DNA of 64,000 nt from the NCBI GenBank assembly GCA_012295275.1, contig CM022677.1:8618001-8682000 (forward strand). The letters are read 5' to 3'. This stretch comes from Chrysomallon squamiferum. Taxonomy: Eukaryota; Animalia; Mollusca. The notes beneath the pieces were generated by a model. It was not told the origin of the DNA. It made no database searches and worked only from the letters and a program-made list of their open reading frames with translations. Numbering within the stretch: position 1 is the first letter of the stretch; every line of letters starts with the position of its first letter. Of the stretch, positions 15,233 to 29,311 are shown in pieces. The translations under genes were made by a program, and so were the position numbers.

Positions 15233-18200
15233 CGATCAGCAAATTATAAACAAGGACACGAAGCACTCACTCTGATGACAGGTACTTTCTCGCTGACTAA
15301 CGAATGTTGTAGAAATCTATCTTTTCCTAGCCAGCGTCTTCCATCCGTGCCTCCACGCTGTCCCTCAGACTAATTATACTGCAGCCAGTGACGTTCACAA
15401 CGTCTCCAAGTAGACTAGGAGTCGCCATGATTGATCGCATTTATGCAATCGAACAAAAACTTGCGACTAATCGGACTTCTCCGTACGTCTTCGGCGGTCT
15501 CCGAGGACCGTCGGTTGTTGGTGATGAATTGGCGTTCGCGCTGCGCGGAAACTTGAACTTCAGACGTTCTCTTATGATTGATCGTTTTGTTATAATGCTC
15601 GCTTTCTTTTTTTTTTTGTTTTGTTTTCTTCATCTTTTCAATTTCATTTTCTCTTTTTCTTCTGGGTCTTAACAAACACTTTTTATTTTTATTTTATTTT
15701 ATTTTATTTTATTTTATTTTATTTTATTTTATTTATTTATTAGTTTATTTATATTATTTTATTATTATTATTTTTTTGTTGTTGTCGATTTTTTATATGT
15801 TCTTCTATCTATTATTTCTTTTAAGGCTGTAAACACATATTCATTCTAACAAAGACAGGCAAATGTATGCATATAGCCAGAAACTCACACACACACACTC
15901 ACACACACACACGCGCGCATATATATATATTAAAACACACACACACACACTCACACACACACACACGCGCATATATATATATTAAAAAACACAGAGATGT
16001 AATTTACATAATACAAAAATAAGGTTTAAGTGTCTCGTGACATCTGCCAGTCACTATATAACCTGTATTAAATAACATGCAATTATTTAAATTAAAGATG
16101 CCACACCTGTGTGTTGCGTCACGTGACCAGGTAAACGCGACACGGGAGGTATTGCTTATTGATGGGTTTCCGAGTTGCAAGGTGTAGTCTGTAATTAGCT
16201 CAGTTATTGTTTTTAAATACACTTCTGTCACGGTATTCTTAACATGTTCTCCTTGTGTGTGTGATATCAATGCTGTATAATCATGTCATAGTTTATGACT
16301 GTTATAAAACAATTAGAAATGACGTCACAGCAGTATCAGTTGTACAGTTCGACAAAAAGAAAGAAACACACACATACTGTTCAACTAACCAAATCTACAA
16401 AAAAAAAAAAAAAAAACTGTCTTGTTTTAAATTACAAGAAGACGAAAGGAACTCACACGTTGACAATTAGATAAAATTACAAACAAAAATAAATAAAAAC
16501 AAAAAGTCGAAAGGAAAAAAGAAAAAAAAGAATGTAAATTAAAAGAAGGAAAAAGAATACACTCTTTGCCAACTGAAGATTTTAGAAGAAAAAAATATGC
16601 GACGGAAAGTAACATATACTACTACTACTAATAATAATAAAATTAAAAATCATCCACTGATAACCTTATTGTTTGATGCTAGGTAACCCTTATTTCTTTT
16701 TACACATTACTTTTACAAATATACAAAATAATTACATTAAAACAATACAAATCCATTTTATTTCATCATACTGTTTGGTACTGAATTTTTGTTGTTTTGT
16801 AATACTGTATGCTATTTTTTCATTGGATTAGAAATTACCGTGACTTTATTTTTAATCACATACCCTTACGCCTATGACGAAATCTTTGTCATTCAATTCT
16901 TCCTTTGTTAAAATTTCAGTCTTGATGTAAAGATTGAATTCACGTGTAGACTGTTGGCAAAACGGAGATACTGACGCTGTACTCCGTTGCCTGTATATCG
17001 TGACTTTTGTGTTTGAGAATTACGTCTCAACTGAAACATAAATTATTATAATTACTGCATCGTCTTTACGATCGGTGCTGAAGTTTGGATTTTAATGGTA
17101 ATGAGAACTGTAATGTGGGTGGGTAAAATTTTAGTTATCTTCCATCAGTGAAATGTCAAAGAATGCTTGCATTGGATAAATACTCATGATAGCGCCAGAT
17201 TTCTTACGAAAGGTTGTATTATGTGAATAATGGATAGCTTCCGTGATGTCAACGTACCCAGCTCTTCGTGTATCTTGTTGTTGTACGCATTTCTAACTTC
17301 TCCGTAATGTCGGCTCGGTAGAGATGTCACATGATTAAAGTCTAGATTTAAAATATGGATGCCATAATGTCAAACAGCTGTTAGTCCTCCTGACAGGTAT
17401 AGATTTCCTTATTTCTCTGAAAAACTTCTTCAAAGAGCTGGCTTTTTTATGTATATGCATGTATGTATAGATACAGATAATGAATAGCTTCCAGAATATC
17501 AAACAACCAAATAGCTTGACATACGTATATTTTCCGGATTTTTAAACCTCATCTGATATGTGTGTCTGTGTAATGGATAGCTTCCTTAATGTCAATTATC
17601 ATGGATGATTTGCTTGATTCCCTTAGAAATCGTCAGTCATGAGCAATTTGGGTGCGGGTGATGGTAACGACAGTACGATAGATATACTCTACCCTAATGT
17701 CGAAGTCTTCACAATATATCAAGAAGACTTCATACTATAAGGCGAAGACTCAATGCATTTTATTTATTTATTTGTCTGTCTATTTATTTATTTATTTTTA
17801 TTGTGTTATTATTGCTTTACTTTTAGCATACAGTCTGGACAAACAAAAATGACAAGAAAACGTGTTTTAAAATAATTTTATTAATGAGTTTCTTATAATG
17901 TATCTTATATTTTATTCATATTTGTCTCACGGATAAGCTGACGTACGACATGGCAGACATCTGTGTATGAATCACTAGATTTATGAAGACAGACTGTAAA
18001 TGAGGAGTAAGCTAGTGAATACATATTTATGAGAAACTTTCAGATGATCAGACATCTCCTGTGTGAGTCATTCTCAGCAGACGTTTTTATTATTTTTTTT
18101 TCTTTTATTCGCTTTTTTCTTTGTTTTATTAAAAAAGGTTTTGTCTCTGTAATTCGTCCTTCTCTCTGCCATTCGCCGTCTGATTCTGTTTTTCTTCTCT

Positions 18201-19045
18201 TTTGAAAGTCTTCCTTTCTCTCTTTCTCACTGTCTGTCTGTCTGTCTCTGCTCTTTCTTTCTTTATTTCTGTTTTCTTTATCCTTCTCCATTCGCTCTGT
18301 TTTTCTGCCTTTCTCATTCTTTATAACTGTCTTTCTCTCTGTCCCTCTTTCTCTGTATCTGTCTTTCTCTCTGTCCCTCTCTCTCTCTCTGTCTGTCTGT
18401 CTGTCTGTCTCTTCATATATTTCTTTGCTCTGTGTGTGTGTGTGTGTGTCTCTCTCTTCTCTAATCATGTGCTTTTTTCTTTCATTTCTTTTTGGTTTCT
18501 TTCCTTCTTCAGTCGGTGAATAATACCATTATCTTCCCCTCTTCACTTTTATAACTGTCATTTCTTCTTCTTTTCCTAAACAAACGATACTTCTATAATT
18601 TATCAAATTCTGTTTTCTCTTTATCGCGCGACAACTCACATTTAGTCTTGCAGCACTCATTCCTCGCGGATCTAAACTCGATACATTTTTATTTATTGTC
18701 GGAGTCGGACTGAAAATCTCTGGAGAACAAAACTGAGACTGTTTGGCCTCTCTCTTGTTTAAACTCTTTGATTCGTGTAACAAAATAAATAATTTGTTCT
18801 GTTATTCTGAATCTTGTATTAAACACAATAATACGTCCTCTAAGTGCTTCAATCAGAAAATGATGCTTAGAGACCAGCATAAGATATAGGGGAAGATTAT
18901 ATCTATTTTATGTCATTCACTCTAATTGGAAATTCAGATAAAAAATATTTTTTCTCAGATACACAAAGATGTAGAATGACAAGCACGCTACACATTTTCA
19001 TATTTCCTCTGGGGGTTTTATGTTGTTATTCTGTGTGGGTTTTTT

Positions 19046-19307
<262 letters not shown>

Positions 19308-22300
19308 ATATTCAAATCCCTGTCGTCAGATCCTCAACTCACCACACACCCCTTTAAATATTACGACCGCATCCAGTGAATTTGTGTAAGTAGTTTTATG
19401 AACGATGTTCCTCTAGGAAACCAAACAATCATGTCTACTCAGAAATCAATGTGAAATTAGTGTCGTGTACAATGCAGGCTTTTAAAAATCAATTCTTTTA
19501 TCTTGCGAATCACAGCCCCGTGTTTTTAGCGTGGAGCAGGAATCGATGGCCGCGTCCGTGACTGGCTGGGCGTGCGAGGAGATGGGCCAAGTTAAGTGAA
19601 TAAAGCCATAATCACAATAAACAAGCAGACGAGAAGCTCTCGAGTGGGTTTCGATCCGGACGAGGCGTGGATCAAGAAAACAAGTGGCTGGGGTTCAAGG
19701 GTTCAAGTTCAGCTGGAGAAGAGAAATGTAGTTAGTAGCAGGGTTTGATGTTTTCGTAAGTTTCACTTCTGTTCTGATGGGTGGTTATTTTCCACACTTT
19801 GCTGCTCTGTCTGTCTGTTTCTTTGATCTGTTAATCTGTATATGAGATAAGCTTCAGATATAGATGAGCATGTAAGGACATACATGCAAACATATATATG
19901 TATATATATATAGTTATTTGTTTTTGTTTGTTTGTTTATTTATTTATGTTTTTGTTAGCACATTTGTTTTCGTTCTTTAATTCTATTGTTAATTATTGAT
20001 TACTTGTTGTTATTAGCGTGTTAAAAGCTGAAATTATTTCTTATATTTATAACGATAAAAAAAAAAAAATTAAAAATAAAAACACGAAATATCAACAAAC
20101 TCCGTATTTCACTTAGTTACAAACTTCAGAGAGAGAGAGAAAAAAAATCGTTTAACCCATGGAAATGAAGGGAAAAATCACGATTTCAAAATGATTTAAC
20201 AAAACAAAACCAAAAAAACCACACACTCTAACAACATTTGTCTTTACTCAGGATCTTGTTAAAACAATTTTCACCGCTACAGGAAGAGGAAAGAAATGTT
20301 TTATTAACGATGCAGTAAAACCACTTTTTTTTTTAATCAATAAGTTTATGGCATCATCACGTTAGGGTGATGAGAATTGAACACACTGACTTCAACAGTT
20401 TACTTACTGTCGAACATCAGCGAGGAATATTTGATAGCGCGTACGTTTAATAGACTAGACACGTTGAATTCTAGACGTATAAAAGAAGATGTAAGAGAAG
20501 AGAACTGTATGATACGTAGTCTACCACTCAGTGAGATATGAAGTACTGGTACCATTTATTTATTTATTTATTTATTTATTTATCTACCTAAATTATGCAT
20601 TTTTATATTCTGAAAGAACAGCAACAACACAAAAAGAACGAGTAGAAAATATTCTGAGTAATTTTACATTCTGTATGAGCAGCACCCACAACATAAGAAG
20701 GAGTAGAATAGTCTTAATGATCATTCTTAGGTGAGACACATTCCAGGCATAAATATAAAAACAAAGAGGTCATGGCTCAAGGGTTCAAAAATTTAAACTG
20801 GAAGAGAGAAATGTAAGTAGAAGGTTTTCATTTAGTTATTTTCCTAAGTCGAATCAAAATATTCGTAAATAAACCGTTTTTATTGTCATGGAGAACTGCT
20901 CACACTGCACTCAGTTTGTTGTTAATCATAGTCCATTCCCCAGTGACTGAAGTATGATCTGTTCAAATTAAACACAGAGATTTACTTTTATATTCTGAAG
21001 CATACGATGATTTGTTTCATAAACCAGTCGTGTTGCGTTTTATAGCTTCATTTTACAGTGGGATTAATCCGACAACCAGGCGGACTAATTTTTTCTTCTT
21101 TTCGTTTTTTGTTAATGTCAATAGTCCATCCACGATCACTGAAGAGAAACATATAAAAATTAAAACATACAGGTTTCCTTTTATCTTTGGATAAATATGT
21201 TACTATTACAACAGAACAGTACATACCACAGCCTTTGATCAACTATTCGTTATGGAGTATTATTCCTGCTACGAGGAGGGTTTATGGACAAAGTTTACTA
21301 TGAGCCAAAACTGATATTTACTATTTATTCTTCAGACTTTAATAAGTAAATTCCGAAGTTCTTTTATAAAACATTCCAGAGCGGAATGAGGTATTGATCT
21401 TGCTACAGTGCGTCTTGAGAATAGCAGTTTACTGTGAGTTGCTGACAGTTTCTCTCTCACTGAAGAGAATATATAAAAAATAGTATTTATCCTTGGATGG
21501 GTATTTTCCCAGGAAAGTATATGCCATATCAAGTCGTGTTGAATTCTACAGCTTGAGGAAGGATTGATCCTGCTTTCAGGCGGACAACCGTTCACTATAG
21601 AGCAATATTCCATCCCCGATTACTGAAGAGAAAAAAAGAGGAAAAGCTAAAACGGAGATTTCTTTTTATCCTTGGAACCTTTAATCCTACGTTCTTTTAA
21701 CGACAATTTCGTTAGACAGCGTCCGTCAATAACGATTAAGTGGCTTTCACTTGATTACCGAGTTTTAAAGTATATTTGGCTCGTTCGTGTCGGAATGAGT
21801 CTTTAAAGTTAAAAGGGACTCTTTCTACTTTTTGTCCTTCAGTTGGATAGGGAAAGTTAAAACGTCTAATTAGCATATTCTGCACTATAGCACGTCTGTG
21901 TTATACACGCAGAAAAGAAGCCTGCGTTGTTACGTTACTTTCATAATATAGCTGCTACTACTACCACTACTACTGTTAGAACATCACGTAAAAGGAATGT
22001 TGCTACTACTACTACTACTATACGGCTGTTACCACTAGTACTGTCACAACAACATTAATTTGATATTCTGAAAGTACTATTACAGAGCTGTTCTTACTAC
22101 TGCTTCTGCTATTGTTTAGTAATTCACCTACTCGAGAGAGAGACTCACACAAACACAAACATTTTTCTAATTATTATTGTCGCAGATGCTGCTTATGCTG
22201 TGCTGGTACTAGTACTACTACTTCTTCAACCTGCAGTTAATATCATTTAACTGTTGGGTTTTATACTATGTAATATGATTATCCTACATCATCACCAACA

Positions 22301-24062
22301 CTTCTACTATTGCTGTTGCTGTTGCTACTTATCTTCATCATCATAGCTTCTACGTCGGCTGCTATCAATACGTTATTGGTTATAATTATTGTATTTTTTC
22401 GGTTATTACTTTTATTGTTGTTCTTGTTGATGTTGGATTAGTGTTGTTGTTCATGCTGTTGTAACAGTAGTAGTAGTAGCAGTAGTTGTTGTTATTGTTG
22501 TTGAAATTATCATTATTTTAATCTGTTTGTTTTTCTCTCTCTCTATTTATCTTCCCGTCTATTTGTCTCTATCTGTTTCATGTCGAAACAAAATCAACAT
22601 TAATCTTACAGTTTGTTATTCCCCCATTTGTCTCTTACATATAAAACAAATTACTCTCTTCCGTTTTTACACTTCTTTTTTTTCTTTTTTTTCAATCGAC
22701 TAAACAACTCTATTATTCTTCACCATGTCTTCGTGCATATCGCCTATCAGCCAGTCTTTCCACATACGTTTTCACACACATTATCCCATAATTGATGGCG
22801 TCAACGTCCGCGGCTCTCTGGTGCCGTGGTTGATGGCGTTAAAAGCTTATACGACCTTAAAAACGACCTTCGCTGGGAGAAAACACGTCAACAGAGAAGA
22901 ACACATTTAACATTATTCAGTAAAGCCAGACCATTTCCACTGGGGCTGTCAGGATCCTCGTAGAGTGAATCTTAATATTGTGTGTTGGTTTTACGTTTCC
23001 ACTCTTGGGACAGTTTTAAAGTAACTAATTTACCCCTGCAGACGTTATTTTTTCGGAGCTCGTAGCTTATGTAGTTAAAGACAAGTAATTTGTTTTAATA
23101 TGTAGCTTTAAGAGTTAGAGAGGGAACTTTAGGTGAAGTCAATTTTCTTCATCGCTCGCTCAGCCTTCGTCGCTGTCTCACTTTCTGAGTCTCTGGCTGT
23201 CTGCCTGTCTGTCTGTCTGTCTCTCTTTTTCTGTGAGACCATACTACCATTATATATGTTGTTCGGCTTTTGAAAATCTTTATAACCTATATTTCTGTCA
23301 GTCTTTGTCGCCCTCTCTCTCTATATATATATTCATCTACCTTTTCTGTTCGATTTTATCGAATCGTGCTTTCTTTCTTTCCTTCAATCAATCATTCAAC
23401 CTATCAGTCTATCAGTTTCACTCTCTATTTGTCTATGTATACCTATTTATCTACCTGTACATGTCTGTGTGTATATGTATGTGTTTGTATTTGTGTGTGA
23501 ACGTGTGTGTGTATGTTTATGCATGAGTATTGTGTGAGGTAAGCTCCATGCCTCTTTCGATGTCGTGCTGACACGTGTTAATTAAGTAATCTTACTTAGA
23601 GTTAACGCTTTAAGCTGTTGGATGCAAACAACAACTATGTTCTAAATAACGTCATGTAAGCGACGCCGATTGTTTAGTTTGTCAATTGTGACGTAAAATC
23701 AAATGACGTAATTCACAAACAGTTGTTGCGTAATCTTAGGACTACGGCTGGTTAAGGGTTATCAATGAGAGAATTAGCATGATGCTGTTAATAGGTTAAA
23801 TAAATACTTGGTACGTAATGAAATGTCTATGTGTGTGTGTATCTTTCTGCGTAATTAGATTAGTTCTTAGCGACAGAGCAGAACCATTCATGGTTACGTA
23901 AGTATAACATTAAAACATTGACAAAATAAATAATTTAATAATATGGCTAATTTAGTGTAAGAATATATAAATTGTGTTAAAATATATATCTAAATGGAAA
24001 TATGATACACCAATTCTGTTTGGTTTTTTTGTTTTATATAAAATAAATATACATACAGGCAT

Positions 24063-24117
<55 letters not shown>

Positions 24118-25606
24118 CATATACATATACATACAGGCATATATATGTATATAAATACCTGTATGTATATTTATTTTTTCTTCTAATAATTTTTTTTTTA
24201 AATTAAAAGAAAAGATATTTTTTATTTCTTTTTAATATATATATTTTTAATTTAATTTTAATTTTATTTAATTTTACTCTTTTTAAAATTATTTACTATT
24301 AATTTTTAATTTTGTTCAATTCAATTCAGTTTAGTTATAATGTTTTATATCCACGACATCAAAAACAAAATTGCTGAGGTCAGTGGGTGCGGGAGATATA
24401 CTCAACTCTTTTATTGTCACAACGAATTAAATTCAATCTCCTCCCCCCGACCCATTCCATCCACCACATGAATGTGCAACAAACACACAACTTGTATCCA
24501 TTCATCCGTGACGCTTAGCAACAAAAACCAGCAAACTCTGACACACAGACACATTCCAGGTAAATGATTTGGGTTTTAAATTACTGATACGCTCATTGAT
24601 AACGAGATGAAACAGTTTCCTGTTGTGAGTAATCTCCCCTGAGATCACAATACGGTTTCCGCGCGATGTTCCCTGTCACCCACGGGTGGGGAAAGGTTGT
24701 GAACTGATGTTTGACTTGACAAGTGGAGATACTGTACTCTCTTTTATTAATATGATGTAGAATTATTTTACCTGGATGTGTGAAAACTTGATGGCTGCTT
24801 TATATACAATATCTGTCTATCTATCTATAAATTCTCTCTATTTCTGTATTTCTCTTAATCTCATCGTATCGTTTTGTTCTCTTATTGTTTAGCTTTTTTC
24901 TAGTTTATATATGTCTGTCCTTCTGTCTTTGCGTCTGGTCAATTATGCAGAGTGTCTGTCTGTCTGTCTATACTCAGTATTAACGTCTTTGCATCGGTCT
25001 GTTCGTTCAATTTTTCTTTTCTGTAACGTCTTGAACTTTTTTAAACTGATTATTTAAAAGGCAATAAATCCGTCGCTAAAAGCAGTATAATCTTCACAAA
25101 AGCCATTCTTCCCTAAAGATACTGGTCATATCACATTAAGTCTGTAATACACATTTTCCTAGTACAAGAACCTGAACACATCGATTAGACCACCGAAATA
25201 AACTATCCAATTTGTGTAAAGTACATACAACCGTAATTCGACAAAATTAAAAAAAAAAGAAAAAAAAGTGGAAAAGCTCTAAGCCCATGGGACCCGCTTG
25301 TTTATTTCTCCGTCCATAATGAAGTATAGAAAATGACATTAGCTTCCGACGCGAGTTTTATTAATTTTGATTCTCAGCGCTCTGGAGTCATGTCGCTTTC
25401 CTGTCGATATAAAAAAGAAGAAGAAGGGAAAAAATATAGAAATAACACGTGTTGGTAAATCGATCAGAATCCAGCCTGGGAAAATGGCTGAGCAGATGTT
25501 TGTTCTCCTCCAAGTGTCCTAATAGCTAGCGTGAATCGTCTGTATTCCAGGGCGCTCATTTAAATATTATGGAGGTCAAACTTAAGAGGGATTTTCTTTT
25601 TAAAAA

Positions 25607-25649
<43 letters not shown>

Positions 25650-26204
25650 AAAGCAAGACCATCTCCATCGAAGGATGGTTCCAGGTATCAGAATTTAGAA
25701 ATTTCTACTTGTTATTTATTTATTTATTATTTTTTAAATTCAATGACAAGATTTGTTTGATATTTTTCTATTTTATGGTTGTTGCCGAGATTGTATGTAA
25801 ATTTCAAGCATACTTTTTAATATAAAGGGTAGTTCCAGTACTTGTTCATACACACAAATAAAATAAAATAAAATAAAATAAATAAGCTGGTAAAACGAAT
25901 ATATGCATTGCAGGTTCAGTTAGCGTGGTTTGAATGTAATTACATTATGCCTTAAGCCGTCTGCGCAACTGAATTTTGTTATGGAGTGTATTTTTTTAAA
26001 TTATATTTTTTTATTATTTTTTTTTTTTTTTTTTTTTTTGGAGGAAGAAGAAAAAAACATTAATTTTACTTTATTTAATTAATTATTGTTTAGTATTATT
26101 TTATTATATTTAGTTTGTTACGTATGTATTCTATTTTGTAAACTATAAAAAGAGAAGAAAAATGAGAGGTCGAACGAGAATTTTATGTAGATTACTTTGT
26201 TTTT

Positions 26205-26265
<61 letters not shown>

Positions 26266-27072
26266 GATTTGAATCCATTAAAAAAAAAAAAAAGGAATAC
26301 CCAGCAATGATATCAAACTCTCATTTGAAATACAGCCGTATCACCAATTACACTTATGTAACGTGCCCACGACAAAAACCTCACGAGGAAAATCATCCGA
26401 TAATGCCGTGACGTAGTTACTATTTTTAACTTTGAGAACAAAGAAGCTATTTGACATGCAGGTCCTCTTCACTGGATTAGAATGCGTTAGAATGTCGAGA
26501 TCCCAAACAAGGCCCACTTGTGACGTGTCTAAGGTTTGCAATTAGTGCACAACATAGTTTGTTGTGCAAACATCACGGGGAGTCGAGAATCGGTGCGATG
26601 ACCTTGTTTCTTTTGTGTGACAGGTCAGAGGTCCCTCATTTTTATTTTTTATTTCTTTATTTCTTTTCCCATTTCTTCTTCTTTTTCTTTCTTTTCATTT
26701 TTTTATTTTGTACATATTTAGTTTTCCGGGTATTTTTTTTTGTCAATTTGTTTTATCATCATTTTTTTTTTTTTTTTTTTTTTTTTTTCACTGTACATGT
26801 AAAAGTGCAAATGAACTAACACGGATGAACTATTGAACATAAAAACGTTTACACCTTTAAGACATTTGAAAAATGTGAAATTTAATTATAAAGAAAAATT
26901 ATTACTACTCGTGTAAGTTAACACGTAAGGAGGGAAAGTAAAATAATAATAATAATAATAAATAATAATAATAAATAATAATAATAATAAAGAATTATAA
27001 ATTTAAAAAGATTTATATATATATATATTTAAATGTTGGAAGAGAATTGATAATTATATCGTTTTGTTCGAT

Positions 27073-27133
<61 letters not shown>

Positions 27134-27503
27134 ATATATAACTACTCATCTGTGCAGTCACACACTTCAAAAAAAGGGATACAAACTACAACATTATAAC
27201 AGACATAGAGGTCAGAAATACATACTTAAATTATTACTCCTGCCAAGACTGGACATAAATACTGACCACTGGTCAAACTTTAATGATTATCAGATGCGCA
27301 CGTGGATTTACTTGCTGGTCGATTTCACGGTTGGCAACGTGTAACAACAACAGTCACTGGTTCTCGTTTGCAGTACATACACACAAACTGACAGACACAG
27401 TAATATAATATTTATATACAGAGTGATTCAGAATTCTCTGTTAGTCATTACTATTGTCATCGACTTAAAAATTATAAACAAAATTTTTCAGCTCGTCTTT
27501 ATT

Positions 27504-27573
<70 letters not shown>

Positions 27574-28260
27574 AAATTCGGACAGGTAATACATACATAT
27601 ATTAAAATAAAAATAAAGTCAAATAAATATAGGTGTTTTTGAAAATAGAGAAAAAAGGTCATGATATTAAAATGATGGACATGTCAGACATATTATAACA
27701 ATTACTTCGCATGCGTTCAAGTCAGACTACGGAAATAAATGTCTGCAACTCTCTGGGTAGCAAATCATCCAATTACGTTGTCTCATGATAAAATATCATG
27801 TTATTTTGAATAAATGTGTGTGTGTGTGTGTGTGTGTGTGTTCCTTGAGTTACCTAATAAATACTAGTTTTGAATTTAATGTGAATAAAAATGATTATCT
27901 CTCTCTATGTGTATTTTGTTCAATAATAATTATGCTAGTTTTGAATTAATTAATTAATTATTATTATTATCATTATTATGTTTACTTGTTACTTTTATTA
28001 TTATTATTTTTTTTGTGTGCTTATATGTTTCTTTTTTGTTTTGTATTATTTATTTATTGCAATTATTACTGTTACTACGTATACTAGTATGATTACTACA
28101 ATTATTGTTATTTATTATTATTATTATTAGTTATTTTTTTCTTAGCCTATCTTAACTTCTCGTGCCTGTGACTATTACGTAATGTTAATTTTCTCTTTCG
28201 CTGGAGGCAGAGTCCTGTGCTATTTAAATATTTATAATTATCGATCTCTTTGTTTTTTAG

Positions 28261-28352
28261 ATTCCTGCCGGTGGAGTGAGGCGAACTCGAGACATTGTTT
28301 TCTCATTATCAGTTTGGAGAAAAACCACAAACAAACACTGGCTCACTAACAT
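28261..28352 (+). other. Putative non-coding internal (5'UTR) exon, probably of the 32929 gene
   Basis: Strong acceptor tctctttgttttttag| at 28260 and consensus donor AT|GTAAGT at 28353, enclosing 92 nt of complex sequence. Confidence 0.45.
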
Positions 28353-28427
28353 GTAAGTGAAATTTATCTTACATCATTTAATTACTTTCTTTTCTATAAA
28401 TGTCTGATTCTCTCTCTCTCTATACAT

Positions 28428-28514
<87 letters not shown>

Positions 28515-28599
28515 TCGATAGATTATTAATAAATAACAAATAGAGAGGTTTTCAGAATAATGGAAAAAAAAGGTATTTAATTAACTATTTGTTACTGAA

Positions 28600-29311
28600 T
28601 TAAGATCAAAGTTAACGAGTGTGTTTTGATCCGGGTAGATTAATTTTAAATTCTTCAGCTGCGAAATTAACCGAGCGGCGATTTAGGCCGAGATACCGTC
28701 AAAGCAAAATATGCGAGACAACAAAGTCTGAAGCAGACGATATCTGCAACAAAGCCTGCGCGTTCATTGCCAGCGCGAGCCTATCAGAGACAGATGTTGA
28801 AAGACGATACCGGCTCTCCATCAGAGCTTGCGATCTTCCAGGCGCATTAACACAGCAGTAAACTGCACTGGGAAAACTCACCAGTTTAGATGGTTACAGC
28901 TCTCGTTTTCAACTTCTCCGAGTAGTCGTCTTTAACGAACAAAGGACGAGAAGATGTGATTGGCCCACTTCTTAGCAGACGACAGTATAGCTAGCTGGGC
29001 GAGAGAAAGAGAGAGTGAAACGATGTGTATGTTTCTCTTCGCTGACAACGTTTTCTAACCAGGAATGTTGAGTTATTCGTTTTTGATGGCGGAAAAAACA
29101 GTTTATTTGGATTTCGTTATAAAACAAAAGACCAAGTCCTGGTTTGTTATTTGATTGTGACAGACTGTCAAAGGAGACGAGCTGTCATCTCCGAATCTGT
29201 CAACTGGCGGTTTATCACTTGTTGGAATACACTCTTGTTTTTAATGGAGGTTAACACTGTCGCTGTTATGAACTCGTTTTCGTTGTAGAAGTCTTCAGTG
29301 ATTTTTCTAAG
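28600..29311 (+). promoter_or_regulatory. Candidate promoter and non-coding first exon of the 32929 gene
   Basis: Longest CpG-rich non-coding island near the gene, with a reverse CCAAT (GATTGG ~28958) and UTR-like sequence ending in the donor AAG|GTGAGG at 29311/29312. Confidence 0.45.

Noticed and set aside
15388-15672. 94-aa ORF in a GC-rich island as a coding exon
   Set aside because: GTG start, runs into a poly-T tract, no clear splice pair or known motif; better explained as regulatory DNA.
17228-17595. CRISPR-like repeat-spacer array
   Set aside because: Eukaryotic context, degenerate repeats, long uneven spacers (70-100 bp), no cas genes.
28619-28881. Short ORFs in the CpG-rich island upstream of the GOLD gene
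   Set aside because: Non-ATG starts on both strands with no recognisable homology; consistent with promoter sequence.
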